Below, piece after piece: positions 12,141 through 25,880 of a stretch of DNA of 64,000 nt; the stretch's first letter is position 1, and every line of letters starts with the position of its first letter. Under the pieces are notes generated by a model, which did no database searches, was not told the DNA's origin, and saw only the letters and a program-made list of their open reading frames with translations. Made by a program: the position numbers and the translations under genes. This DNA is from Saccostrea cucullata (lineage: Eukaryota). The stretch is from the NCBI RefSeq assembly GCF_032062105.1, contig NW_026931074.1, positions 217,587 through 281,586 of the forward strand. The letters are read 5' to 3'.

Positions 12141-14142
12141 CAAATTAATGTCCCCCATTTTCTGTGAAAGCAAGGGGACAAAAAATAGAGGGAAGGTAGA
12201 TTTAATATTAGAAATTAAACTTGATCTGTAAATCATCAATATCAAGACATACCAAATATTAGTTCATTATCATAACAAAAAGAATCTCCAAAAGTGAATT
12301 CATCATAAGAATTTCAAAGTCTGAGGGCCTTAACTTTTGTTAAATTGGATCCATCCAATCAAACACTCAGACTGGATCAGTAAGTCATCAAAAGAAAGAC
12401 CCCGCCCCTACCCCAAGTGAAATAGGATTTTTGAGTTTCAACAATTTCCTTTTATACATACTGTATTTTCTCTTGAGTCCCCTTATCAAAAAGGATGCTA
12501 CATCCCTGGTCTTGGCTGACCATCATACAGAAGGGGTATAAATTTCATTTTATTGAATTAACAATGTGAAAAATTCTAGATTATGGTCAACAAAGTAAAA
12601 AATGATATACTTTTCTGAAAGTTAAACTGGTATGTATAATGTACATGGATAAAAAGAAAGCTCTGTTTTTTGTCTACATTCAAAAGATATTACCAATGTG
12701 AAAATAATTGAAAAGAAAGATTTGCAGTTTAAATTTCAAACCCAGTTCAAAATCACAGTGTCCAAAAAAGCATGTTCAGAAATGTCTTGACACAGGTAAT
12801 GCACATGACAAATTGAATCTTCTCTCAATTGTTAAATTTGTTTTATCAAACTTCAAGATGAGGGGATCAAAATTCATGATACCTGGTACATTTGGAAAGG
12901 TCTTGTTAAGGTAATTATTCTCATCTTTCTCATTCAAAAGTTATGACCAAGGTTAAAGGACTTGTGGCAGACTGACAAACAAATGCATTTTAATGTCCCC
13001 TCGATTTTGTAAAGGTGGGGGACAATTATAATGAAATTAATTATGGTGCACAGTTCTTGTATCTCCATCTCCCTTTCTGCTGTTTACATGTATATGTGTG
13101 TGGTTCATTCTTTATGAGACTAATTGTCCACTATTTTTCCAAGGATATTTCTCTATTTATACCAGAAGAAGCATGTTATTACTTATATCCAGAGAATCAG
13201 TGCATGCATCCCCTACAGTCTCCCTGTCTGTTTTTTATGGCCTCCCACTTGCTCCCTTTTATAAACTCTTCATTGAAGTTTCTGCTGATACATGAATTGT
13301 CATATCATGAAGAATGGTGCATAGACAGTTGACTTGTTAGAATCAACTTTAAATATACTTCAAAAGTGATGTGTTTTGTACATGCCGATATAAATTTACG
13401 AAACAATCTGAGACCCTATGCAAAGACAAAAAAGGTTCATTAGAGAAGACCTAATTCTCAATAAATTCCTCATCAGTGAGCCTAGCAAGGCACCCACTCT
13501 GTCGAGGTCTTGATTGATACCACTTCCCATTTATGGTCTTTTGATGTATGACCATCTTCTGCGATCAAAGTTTGCTACAGTGAGCAGTTTCGTAATTATG
13601 GGCATTAAATATTTCATGACAACTATGACCTTGTCTTCACTGTGCATGTTAGAATTTCTTATTTGCATTCTGTTTGGGAACATGATTTGACACTTTAAAG
13701 CTTTGATTCACATTTCTAAATAAGAACCATTATAGTTCCATTTTCACCTAGATGTAAATCAAATCAAAATCAATAGAATATCTCTCAGGAAAGGAATTCC
13801 AGAAATCATGTCTCTATAATACGTTACAATAAAACTTGCAAGGCCATGTAAGATAAAGCAATAAATACGGTACTTAATTAGATACAATTTTTATTGAATT
13901 ATCGTTTTATCCCAGCATCAATAAAATAACTTTAAATGATATCACTTCTGTGTTCTAGTAGATATTGATAAATATTTGACAAGAGATTTGGTTGACACAT
14001 TTTACTTCATGCTTTATTTACCCTCCAATAATAAATACACTTAAAGGAGATGTACATTCTATGCAAACAAATGACACAAAAACAAGTGATAAAAATCACA
14101 GAAAAAAAGTTATTTGTCAAGCACTACAAAAATAGACTGTTG

Positions 14143-17100
14143 ATATCACTCAGTATAAGACACTGTGTCTGATACATCACTCAGGATAAAACACTGTGTC
14201 TGTGATACATCACTCAGGATAAGACACTGAGTCAATGTGTCTGATACATCACTCAGGATAAGACACTGAGTCTGTAATACAACACTCAGGATAAGACACT
14301 GTGTCTGATACATCACTCAGGATAAGACACTGAGTCTGTGATACATCACTCAGGATAAGACACTGAGTCTGTGATACATCACTCAGGATAAGACACTGAG
14401 TCTGATACATCACTCAGGATAAGACACTGAGTCTGATACATCACTCAGGATAAGACACTGTGTCTGTGATACATCACTCAGGATAAGACACTGAGTCTGT
14501 GATACATCACTCAGGATAAGACACTGAGTCTGTGATACATCACTCAGGATAAGACACTGAGTTGATACATCTCTCAGGATAAGACACTGAGTCTGTGATA
14601 CATCACTCAGGATAAGACCCTGAGTCTGTGATACATCACTCAGGATAAGACACTGAGTCTGTGATACATCACTCAAGATAAGACACTGAGTTTGATACAT
14701 CACTCAGGATAAGACAATGAGTCTGTGATACATCACTCAGGATAAGACACTGTGTCTGATACATCACTCAGGAGTCTGTGATACATCACTCAGGATAAGA
14801 CACTGTGTCTGATACAGCACTCAGGATAAGACACTGAGTCTGTGATACATCACTCAGGATAAGACACCGAGACTGATACATCACTCGGGATAAGACACTG
14901 AGTCTGTGATACATCACTCAGGACAAGACACTGAGTCTCTGATACAGCACTCAGGATAAGACACTGAGTCTGTGATACATCACTAAGGATAAGACACTGA
15001 GTCTGTGATACATCACTCAGGATAAGACAATGTGTCTGATACATCACTCAGGATAATACACTGAGTCTGTGATACACTACTCAGGACAAGACACTGAGTC
15101 TGTGATACATCACTCAGGATAAGACACTGAGTCTGTGATACATCACTCAGGATAAGAGAATGAGTCTGATATCACTCAGGATAAGACACTGAGTCCGTAA
15201 TACAACACTCAGGATAAGACACTGTGTCTGTGATACATCACTCAGGATAAGACACTGAGTCTGTGATACATCACTCAGGATAAGACACTGTGTCTGATAC
15301 ATCACTCAGGATAAGACACTGAGTCTGTATTACATCACTCAGGATAAGACACTGAGTCTGTATTACATCACTCAGGATAAGACACTGAGTCTGATACATC
15401 ACTCAGGATAAGACACTGTGTCTGATACATCACTCAGGATAAGACACTGTGTCTGTGATACATCACTCAGGATAAGACACTGAGTCTGTGATACATCACT
15501 CAGGATAAGACAATGAGTCTGATATCACTCAGGATAAGACACTGAGTCTGTAATGCAACACTCAGGATAAGACACTGTGTCTGATTCATCACTCAGGATA
15601 AGACATTGAGTCTCTAATACAACACTCTGGATAAGACACTGAGTCTGTGATACATCACTCAGGATAAGACACTGAGTCTGTGATACATCACTCAAGATAA
15701 GACACTGAGTCTGATACATCACTCAGGACAAGACACTGAGTCTCTAATACAACACTCTGGATAAGACACTGAGTCTGTGATACATCACTCAGGATAAGAC
15801 ACTGAGTCTGTGATACATCACTCAGGATAAGACACTGAGTCTGTGATACATCACTCAGGATAAGACACTGAGTCTGTGATACATCACTCAGGATAAGACA
15901 CTGAGTCTCTGATACATCACTCAGGATAAGACACTGAGTCTGTGATACATCACTCAGGATAAGACACTGAGTCTGTGATACATCACTCATGATAAGACAC
16001 TGTGTCTGATACATCACTCAAGATAAGACACTGAGTCTGTGATACATCACTCAGGATACAACACTGAGTCTGTGATACATCACTCAGGATAAGACACTGA
16101 GTCTGTGATACATCACTAAGGATAAGACACTGAGTCTGATACATCACTCAGTATAAGACACTGTGTCTGTGATACATCACTCAGGATAAGACACACTGTG
16201 TCTGATACATCACTCAGGATAAGACACTGTGTCTGTGATACATCACTCAGGATAAGACACTGAGTCTGATACATCACTCAGGATAAGACACTGTGTCTGT
16301 GATACATCACTCAGGATAAGACACTGTGTCTGTGATACATCACTCAGGATAAGACACTGTGTCTGATACATCACTCAGGATAAGACACTGAGTCTGTGAT
16401 ACATCACTCAGGATAAGACACTGAGTCTGTAATACATCACTCAGGATAAGACACTGTGTCTGTGATACATCACTCAGGATAAGACACTGTGTCTGAAACA
16501 TCACTCAGGATAAGACACTAAGTCTGTATTACATCACTCAGGATAAGACACTGTGTCTGATACATCACTCAGGATAAGACATTGTGTCTGATACAACACT
16601 CAGGATAAGACACTGAGTCTGTGATACATCACTCAGGATAAGACACTGAGTCTGTGATACATCACTCAGGATAAGATACTGAGTCTGTAATACATCACTC
16701 AGGATAAGACACTGAGTCTGTGATACATCACTCAGGATAAGACACTGAGTCTGTAATACATCACTCAGGATAAGACACTGAGTCTGTGATACATCACTCA
16801 GGATAAGACACTGAGTCTGTGATACATCACTCAGGATAAGACACTGAGTCTGTGATACATCACTCAGGATAAGACACTGTGTCTGATACATCACTCAGGA
16901 TAAGACACTGAGTCTGTGATACATCACTCAGGATAAGATACTGAGTCTGTAATATATCACTCATGATAAGACAATGAATCTGATATCACTCAGGATAAGA
17001 CAAGTCTGACACTGAGTCTGTGTCTGTGATACATCACTCAGGATAAGTCTGTGACACTGATAAATACTGAGTCTCTGATACATCACTCAGGATAAGACAC

Positions 17101-19815
17101 TGTGTCTGATACATCACTCAGGATAAGACATTGAGTCTCTAATACATCACTCAGGATAAGACACTGAGTCTAATACATCACTCAGGATAAGACACTGAGT
17201 CTGTGATACATCACTCAGGATAAGACACTGAGTCTAATACATCACTCAAGATAAGACACAGTGTCTAATACATCACTCAGGATAAGACACTGAGTCTGTG
17301 ATACAACACTCAGGATAAGACACTGTGTCTGATACATCACTCAGGATAAGACAGTGTCTGTGATACATCACTCAGGATAAGACACTGAGTCTGTGACACA
17401 TCACTCAGGATAATACACTGAGTCTGTGATACATCACTCAGGGTAAGACACTGAGTCTGTGATACATCACTCAGGATAAGACACTGAGTCTGTGATACAT
17501 CACTCAGGATAAGACACTGAGTCTGTATTACATCACTCAGGATAAGACATTGAGTCTGTGATACAACACTCAGGATACAACACTGAGTCTGTGATACATC
17601 ACTCAGGATAAGAGACTGTGTCTCATACATCACTCAGGATAAGACACTGAGTCTGTGATACATCACTCAGGATAAGATACTGAGTCTGGGATACATCACT
17701 CAGGATAAGACAATGAGTCTGATATCACTCAGGATAAGACACTGAGTCTGTAATACATCACACAGGATAAGAGACTGTGTTTCATACATCACTCAGGATA
17801 AGACACTGAGTCTGTAATACATCACTCAGGATAAGACACTGAGTCTGTGATACATCACTCAGGATAAGACACTGAGTCTGTGATACATCACTCAAGATAA
17901 GACACTGAGTCTGATACATCACTCAGGACAAGACACTGAGTCTCTAATACAACACTCTGGATAAGACATGAGTCTGTGATACATCACTCAGGATAAGACA
18001 CTGAGTCTGTGATACATCACTCAAGATAAGACACTGAGTCTGATACATCACTCAGAATAAGATACTGTTTGTGTGATACATCACTCAGGATAAGATACTG
18101 AGTCTCTGATACAGCACTCAGGATAAGACACTGAGTCTGTGATACAACACTAAGGATAAGATACTGAGTCTGATACATCACTCAGTATAAGACACTGTGT
18201 CTGATACATCACTCAGGACAAGTGATACATCACTCAGGATAAGACACTGAGTCTGTGATACATCACTCAGGATAAGACACTGAGTCTGTGATACATCACT
18301 CAAGATAAGACACTGAGTCTGATACATCACTCAGAATAAGATACTGTTTCTGTGATACATCACTCAGGATAAGATACTGAGTCTCTGATACAGCACTCAG
18401 GATAAGACACTGAGTCTGTGATACATCACTCAGGATAAGACAATGAGTCTGATACATCACTCAGGATAAGACACTGTGTCTGTGATACATCACTCAGGAT
18501 AAGACACACTGTGTCTGATACATCACTCAGGATAAGACATTGTGTCTGATACATCACTCAGGATAAGACACTGAGTCTGTGATACATCACTCAGGATAAG
18601 ATACTGAGTCTGTAATATATCTCTCATGATAAGACAATGAGTCTGATATCACTCAGGATAAGACACTGAGTCTAATACATCACTCCGGATAAGACACTGT
18701 TTGTGTGATACATCACTCAGGATAAGACACACTGTGTCTGATACATCACTCAGGATAAGACATTGTGTCTGATACATCACTCAGGATAAGACACTGAGTC
18801 TGTGATACATCACTCAGGATAAGATACTGAGTCTGTAATATATCTCTCATGATAAGACAATGAGTCTGATATCACTCAGGATAAGACACTGAGTCTAATA
18901 CATCACTCAGGATAAGACACTGTGTCTGTGATACATCACTCAGGATAAGACATTTGTCTGGTACATCACTCAGGATAATAAACTGAGTCTGTGATACATC
19001 ACTCAGGATAAGACACTGTGTCTGATACATCACTCAGGATAAGACACTGAATCTGTGATACAACACTCAGGATAAGACACTGAGTCTGTGATACATCACT
19101 CAGGATAAGACACTGAGTCTGTGATACATCACTCAGGATAAGATACTGAGTCTGTAATATATCACTCATGATAAGACAATGAGTCTGATATCACTCAGGA
19201 TAAGACCCTGAGTCTGTAATACAACACTCAGAATAAGACACTGTGCCTGTGATACATCACTCAGGATAAGACACTGAGTCTGTGATACATCACTCAGGTT
19301 AAGATACTGAGTCTCTGATACATCACTCAGGATAAGACACTGTGTCTGATACATCACTCAGGATAAGACACTGAGTCTGAAACATCACTCAAGATAAGAC
19401 ACTGTGCCTGTGAAACATCACTCAGGATAAGACACTGAGTCTGTGATACATCACTCAGGATAAGACCCTGAGTCTGTGATACATCACTCAGGATAAGACA
19501 CTGAGTCTGTGATACAACACTCAGGATAAGACACTGTGTCTGATACATCACTCAGGATAAGACAGTGTCTGTGATACATCACTCAGGATAAGACACTGAG
19601 TCTGTGATACATCACTCAGGATAATACACTGAGTCTGTGATACATCACTCAGGATAAGACACTGAGTCTGTGATACATCACTCAGGATAAGACACTGAGT
19701 CTGTGATACATCACTCAGGATAAGACACTGTGTCTGTGATACATCACTCAGGATAAGACAGTGAGTCTGATATCACTCAGGTTAAGACAATGAGTCTGAT
19801 ACATCACTCAGGATT
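14143..19815. repeat. Minisatellite array, about 175 tandem copies of a 31-33-bp unit (gatacatcactcaggataagacactgagtctgt)
   Basis: A direct read shows continuous head-to-tail repetition over about 5.67 kb with point variants (gag/gtg, small indels). Each unit carries the inverted hexamers actcag and ctgagt, so a 6-bp stem-loop is possible. The minus-strand ORFs 14410..19551 (MMYQTQCLILSDVS...) are repeat-translation artefacts. Confidence 0.95.
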
Positions 19816-20139
19816 AAATTGTAATACAGAATTATGAAAAACAGACTCATGGTACATTTAAAACCCGAGTCCAAGTGTGTGATTTATTATTTTATTGAAT
19901 ACCTGGTACATAAACATGACAATGACTGCTGTGTCAGCAGAAATGAACCAGTCACACTTCATTTATGTTAATTTTCATCTGATCCTTACATTAAATCTCA
20001 TCAACAGATTTGCTGAAGTTTGGACGAGTAATTATTCATTTGTTCTTTTGTCCACGATTTTGTCAAACAAATTTACTCATACTTTTTCTCCATTGTTTTC
20101 TGAATAAATACAATTTATATCAAGGAAGATATATGTTAT

Positions 20140-20780
20140 CAATGCACCACAGTAAAATACAATATAGTTTTTTCAATAAAATTTGGAGACAAATTAACAA
20201 TATCTTAATGCATAAACTTTCTTATAGATAAAATTTCCAACACATTTGAGGTATGATTTCATCCATAAATTAGCTACACCTAAGCATACACATCAGGGTA
20301 TAATAATAGCACATGTTTAGGGCTGTCACGGGTCAATGATTTTTTTAGGTTCGGTTTCGGGTATTTCGGTTCGGGTAATTAATGGAATAAAAGCTAATGA
20401 TTTGTATTATTTTCAACAACAAAAAGAATATTTTCATTTAATCTTGAAATAGCAACATTTTAACTAGTTTAAAGTAGCTTCCTGACTAGACAACAATTGT
20501 ACCATATTATTTAAATCACCTTATAATTGCAATGTATTAAGAAATCTCTCGTTTTTGACGCCATTTTTTAGTAAAACCTACACTACTATACAAATGCACC
20601 ACAGTAAAATACAATATAGTTTTTTCAATAAAATTTGGAGACAAATTAACAATATCTTAATGCATTAACTTTCTTATAGATAAAATTTCCAACACATTTG
20701 AATGTAATTGTTCCATAAATTAGCTACACCTAAGGGTACATTTCGGGTATAATGACAGCCCTACACATGTTCCCAATCAC
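20140..20780. repeat. 145-bp direct duplication (20140-20285 and 20591-20740), each followed by a short segment in inverted orientation; foldback or MITE-like
   Basis: The two 145-bp copies (caccacagtaaaatacaatatagttttttcaataaaatttggagacaaattaacaatatcttaatgcat...ccataaattagctacacctaag) are more than 95% identical. The sequence after copy 1 (cacatgtttagggctgtcacgg, 20316-20337) is the reverse complement of the sequence after copy 2 (gacagccctacacatgt, 20750-20766). Confidence 0.5.
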
Positions 20781-20880
20781 AAAATTATACCATACATTTC
20801 ACTGTAAGAAGAATAAACATGTATCATTTAAACTTGTAAAAACACGACTGTAAAATGTTCAGCTCACTCATTGTCACTCT

Positions 20881-20905
20881 CACACACACACACACACACA
20901 CACAC
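20881..20905. repeat. (CA)12 microsatellite
   Basis: The sequence cacacacacacacacacacacacac is read directly. Confidence 0.9.
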
Positions 20906-21772
20906 CTCCTCTTTCAGGCCCTACTACCCTACTACTCTGAAGATACAGTGTCTAATGATGTCAAAGCTACTGCTGATTCCTATTTATCCAGTAAAGACCA
21001 GACAGGTTAACACTTATCAATAAATAATCTGTGATATCATGATACAAATAACCTGTTTTTCCATTCAGCCACAAAGAGGTAGAGTCTATAAAAGGTGCAT
21101 TTTAAAAACTGATAAAGATCAACATAAAAAAAAAACATTTGATTTCCTGAATGAAATATCAAAATCAGCTTTTAAAAAGCAAATCAACAAATTGCAAATT
21201 CAAAACTGATGGTGCAGCAAAGCAAAAATATAATAATAATATCCATACAAAAACAAAGTAAATCTACTCCCCTATACATAATACTTGTCTTCTCAGAACA
21301 CCCAAGATCACCTCATCAGATGATTTAAATTCCTTTAATATTTCTGTGTAATTGATAGATACTTAGCTATTAACATCCTTATTAAAATTTGGCAGTGAAG
21401 TAGAAAAAAAAGCCTCCCTAGAACCCTAAGCTTTCTGTGCTGTCAACGGCAAGATGTAATTTGTGCGTTGTGATTTCCCTAACTCTTTTGAAGAAGCTGA
21501 GATCATGATAATCTATCCCTTGATGCAAACATTAAAAAAGTAAAATACAACATACAATCCCCTGGCTCACAATTAAACTACCTGGTATTCTCACTGAGTT
21601 AGTACACAAGTACTCATCAATCAAGTCCATTTTATGGTGCCAATAAAAATATCTGCTATAGACTAGGAAAATAATTGCAGAGAAAAACAATATCTAACAT
21701 ATCCAGTATACTGCAATATGTTGTCATGGCAATACAGAGTAGACTGGAAGGAATTGAAGAGAGCCATGACAA

Positions 21773-22012
<240 letters not shown>

Positions 22013-22552
22013 TTATTAGACACATATTCTGCAGAGAGGACAAAGACATTCACTGATCACCTACCATATGTACAGGAATTCAAAATTTTGTAAATAAGAT
22101 AGGAACTTATAGACAGGTTTATGGGTTGAAATCTGTTGATTTATTTTACCAAGATCATTCCCAAGATATTTATTCTGGTATACTAACACTTAGTGTCACA
22201 AAATATTTACTTATTTACAGGTCAAAATCAGATCTCTCAAGATTATGGCAAAATAAATTTAGAAAATCTTTAGTCTACTTTAATATTCCTGTATTTGGCA
22301 ATGCATAGATTAACAAATGGAGATGCTGCCAGGGAGACACCCATTTGGTTTATGTATATTTCTATATATATATATATTTACCAAATCTACTTTAGTACCA
22401 TTATCTAATTTGTATGAATAGTTATACACCTCATGACATTATGTATGCAACACTTGAATTAATGCAATGCTTTTTGAATTGTTCAACATTTTCTCATGAT
22501 TATTTACTTTGTCTGCCACCAAGGTCTGAGTTGTTTTCCTTCTATCTAATCC

Positions 22553-22695
22553 TACACTTATCCCCATCCCTGGGCCTATCATTATGTATACTTATTCCCA
22601 CATCCCTGGGCCTATCATTATGTATACTTTTCCCCATCCCTGGGCCTATCATTATGCATACTTTTCCCCACCCTGGGCCTATCATTATGTATATT
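22553..22695. repeat. Intronic minisatellite, 4 copies of a ~36-bp unit (atccctgggcctatcattatgtatacttWtcccc)
   Basis: Four tandem copies are read directly. They begin about 12 nt beyond the GTAGCA splice donor of the 22707-22824 exon on the minus strand. Confidence 0.85.
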
Positions 22696-22706
22696 TTGTG
22701 TGCTAC

Positions 22707-22824
22707 CTTTTCTGTCTCTGTGCCAGTCAGTGGTTCTGCCAGGACATCTATATCTGACATGCTGGCCCCCACTTGGATGAAGCTGTAGGACCCTCTGGTG
22801 TTAATGTTGTTTCCCCATCTCGTC
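22707..22824 (-). CDS. Polyamine/spermine oxidase exon
   Basis: The minus-strand exon lies between acceptor ctctttacag and donor AAG|GTAGCA. It translates TRWGNNINTRGSYSFIQVGASMSDIDVLAEPLTGTETEK, corresponding to the ..RW....YTRGSYSY...G....D...LA.PL segment of vertebrate PAOX/SMOX. The phase is consistent with the flanking exons. Confidence 0.7.
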
Positions 22825-25750
22825 CTGTAAAGAGATCCAAACACTCAGTACAAACCCCACACTACATATACAAACTGACTTGTAGTATCTCTGTAATCTG
22901 CTGCTGTAAGCATATTTTGCCATTTCAAACAAGACAGACATACATCTGTTGATATTCAACTATGCATGACTGGTTTTATATATACGATCAAAATGAAGAC
23001 AAAATGCTCCATTATATATAAATCTTGTGTTTCATTAAACAATAACTTCACAGTAGTTACATTGATGTTTTAGATACTGTACTATGAAAGAAACTAGAAA
23101 ACATTTTAGAAAATAGGCCAGGGAATTGAATCCAGAATTTGGTTATCTAGCATTTCAGCCTATTTTATATCTTGACTCATCAGCAGCTCTGTTTGACTCA
23201 GCTCTATAAGTAACAAATAAATTGAAACACAGCTTACCATTTCCAATCTCTTACAGTATCTTAAAAGTATTATTAAAAAAAATTCTTTCATTTGTTTTAT
23301 TGCGTCCGAAGGGATTGAACCACTCTGTAATTTTTTTTTCTCCTGGTAAAAATGTTATTGTTTCTATTCTATGGCAGGGTCAGAAGGTCACCTGGTGTAG
23401 GTGACAAATATACCTGCTACCTTATACAGGTATTATATTAATTACAAATATTGGCACAGTGCCCCAATTCTTGGCCTGCTTAACCTCCTGATATATCGAT
23501 AGTTGTAAAATTGCCAAAGCTTTGTCTGGGCCCTGCCAACCATTGATCTCGAAACCCAAATAAACATTGCTAGGACCTTGGTCACTTGAAGTATTGATTA
23601 TTTTTGCCACTGTTGTGTACATCTACACTTAAATGCAGGTGTGGAACCAATGACCTAGATTTCTCCAAGTCTGATTTACAAACCAGTTTGAACTTCTGTT
23701 TACAAAAAGCTAGCAATTATGTGGTATTTACAAACTTGTAGTGTTCATAATTATTAGATTCAAGTTCATTCCAATGCAAAAACATAAAATCATATCCACT
23801 TCCTGGTGAATAGCATGAAAGTTATCTCTGTTTTCCTTAGGGACAAAAGGCTCTATAAAATCAACATGCTGGAAAGGAAGAAAAGGTTACAGAAAATGGC
23901 TTTGAATAACTGCATTAGTGCCACTTATTTTACTTTACGAAGAACTAAGATCTTCATATTCCTGAACAAAATCAAGAAAACATGCTGGCATCAGGGACTT
24001 AGCTAACATTACTCTTCATCCTCTGCATCATGAACATAATAGGCCCTGGAATGCATGTGGTATCTCCACTCAGATATAAATGTTAAAGGCATGATGCTGC
24101 AAAAACCTGCTGCCTGCTAATCAGCAGCCAATAAACCTGTTATTGAAGGTTAGTTCCTTCATTTCTAACAACCAACTCTACTGCTGCCTGCAGGAAAATC
24201 ATACAAGGTATGGGGAAATGAGTGGCCCAGTTTTACCTGTAAATCAGCTGATTGGTCACCTGTTCCTCAGTGAAGCAGGGGCCTCATTATCTGAACTAGA
24301 GGTGTGTAAATCATGACAGCTATAAACTAAGGACAGTGGAAGATTACAGAGGTCAAACTAGTACCCTGAGGCCAAGGTCAAGGTCAGCCCATTGGTCATA
24401 TCAGTGTCTTCCTCCCAACATTTTACAATATATCATCAACTTTCTGAGACCTTTAGATCTATTTCTAGAATGGAATGCTGTTGACAGTTGATATGCTTTA
24501 TATTGTTATTTTGCACCTAAATCCAGACAATATTAACAAGGAACATTTTGACTTAATTTCTCCTGCACAATACACCTGGGCAATGTGATGTAAACTGTTC
24601 AAATTGTACAGTCTAGGTGACTGGTTATTATGTCTCCATATTTAATCAAATATGAGTGGATTCAATTAGACTAATGCTTAACTGATTTCCTGACTGAATA
24701 CTGGGTGCCTAGAAAGAAACCCTTTCACCTGGGTGTTATCTATTCTATAGACCCGAGTCAGGCTCCTTTCGATAAATTACCTTGTCAGAAGGGAAGGCAA
24801 TGACTTCAGCAATCGAAAATCAATTTTTCCAATCTCAACTAAAATAACATCATCTTTTGGCTGCTTTCTCAACCAATGACTAGGCAAACTACACGAGCAC
24901 TGAAGCAAGGAACAAATGCAATCTGCAGATCCCCCACTTTATACCATAACAATGCATGCAATTCTGCTATATTCCATCAGACTCAAGAAATCCTTAGTCC
25001 GTGCCTAAATATTGATTGAGGAGGGTTAAAGGTCCTTGTTCGCTCGACATCTGACCTCCCATTCACACCGCTGCAATATATACATATATGACCAAGTGTC
25101 ATGGCCCACAGCTTCATAAAAAAACACAGGCTGTGTGCTGCAGTTTTAAACATAATCTGTCTAGGTATACATTTAGCCTCTTAGAAAACATTACTGTAGT
25201 TAGTTCCAGTTGTCAAATCGAAAATGCTCAGAAATACTGTCATTAATAAAGAATTTTACTATTGTACATCTGAAGAAAAATGTAGGAGTGGGGGATAATC
25301 TTACAATGAACAAGCTTTTATGATGATGAAAATTGAAGGAAGGGAGGCACTTTCTGCATGAACTATTAACATGCTCAGAGTGCACTAAGTAGAGATCTGC
25401 CATTTTTATCAACTTGGTGATGCCATCAACTCCTAGGTTTTTTACCTTTTGACCCCCTGATAAAACCCGTAGAGAACACTTTCTTTCTTCTTAGCAAACT
25501 TGACAATTTAGGGGACATTACACCTTTGGCAGATGCTATATTGATGAGATAAATGTCCAGGTTTTATTATTTCCTGATTAATATTGATGCTTTCTCAGGA
25601 AAAAAATATTTTGATTCAATGTAACCAACAACAAAATATGCTATATATAATCTTGAAAAGGTCAATATATTGGGTGCAAACAATGCCTACTTTAACAAAT
25701 TAATACCAGAAGTTGATAATCTGTTGTTTATAAGATAAAAGCTTAGATAC

Positions 25751-25880
25751 CTGATGATTTTCTTGGGGCTGGGAATGTCATCTTTTTGAAGAAATCTTTT
25801 GAGGACCTCCACTAAATCCTCTGCTATTTGCTCCTCTGTAAGAGATTCCATGTATAGGGCCTCCTTCCCACTCAGCCAGC
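25751..25880 (-). CDS. Polyamine/spermine oxidase exon
   Basis: The minus-strand exon lies between acceptor tatatcttgtag and donor CAG|GTATCT. It translates (G)WLSGKEALYMESLTEEQIAEDLVEVLKRFLQKDDIPSPKKII, parallel to PAOX G(F)IAG.E..FME.LSDEEV......LR...G.P.LP.PK..L. It lies within ORF 25687..25914. Confidence 0.7.

Noticed and set aside
14410-19551. Nine minus-strand ORFs (65-109 aa, MMYQTQCLILSDVSQTQCLILSDVS...) that look like a repetitive protein family
   Set aside because: They are translations of the 31-33-bp minisatellite. The periodic protein repeat simply mirrors the DNA repeat. There are no splice signals, start contexts or unique sequence.
14143-19815. CRISPR-like array (regular ~32-bp repeats)
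   Set aside because: No unique spacers alternate with the repeats and no cas-like ORFs are present. The surrounding sequence is intron-containing eukaryotic DNA.
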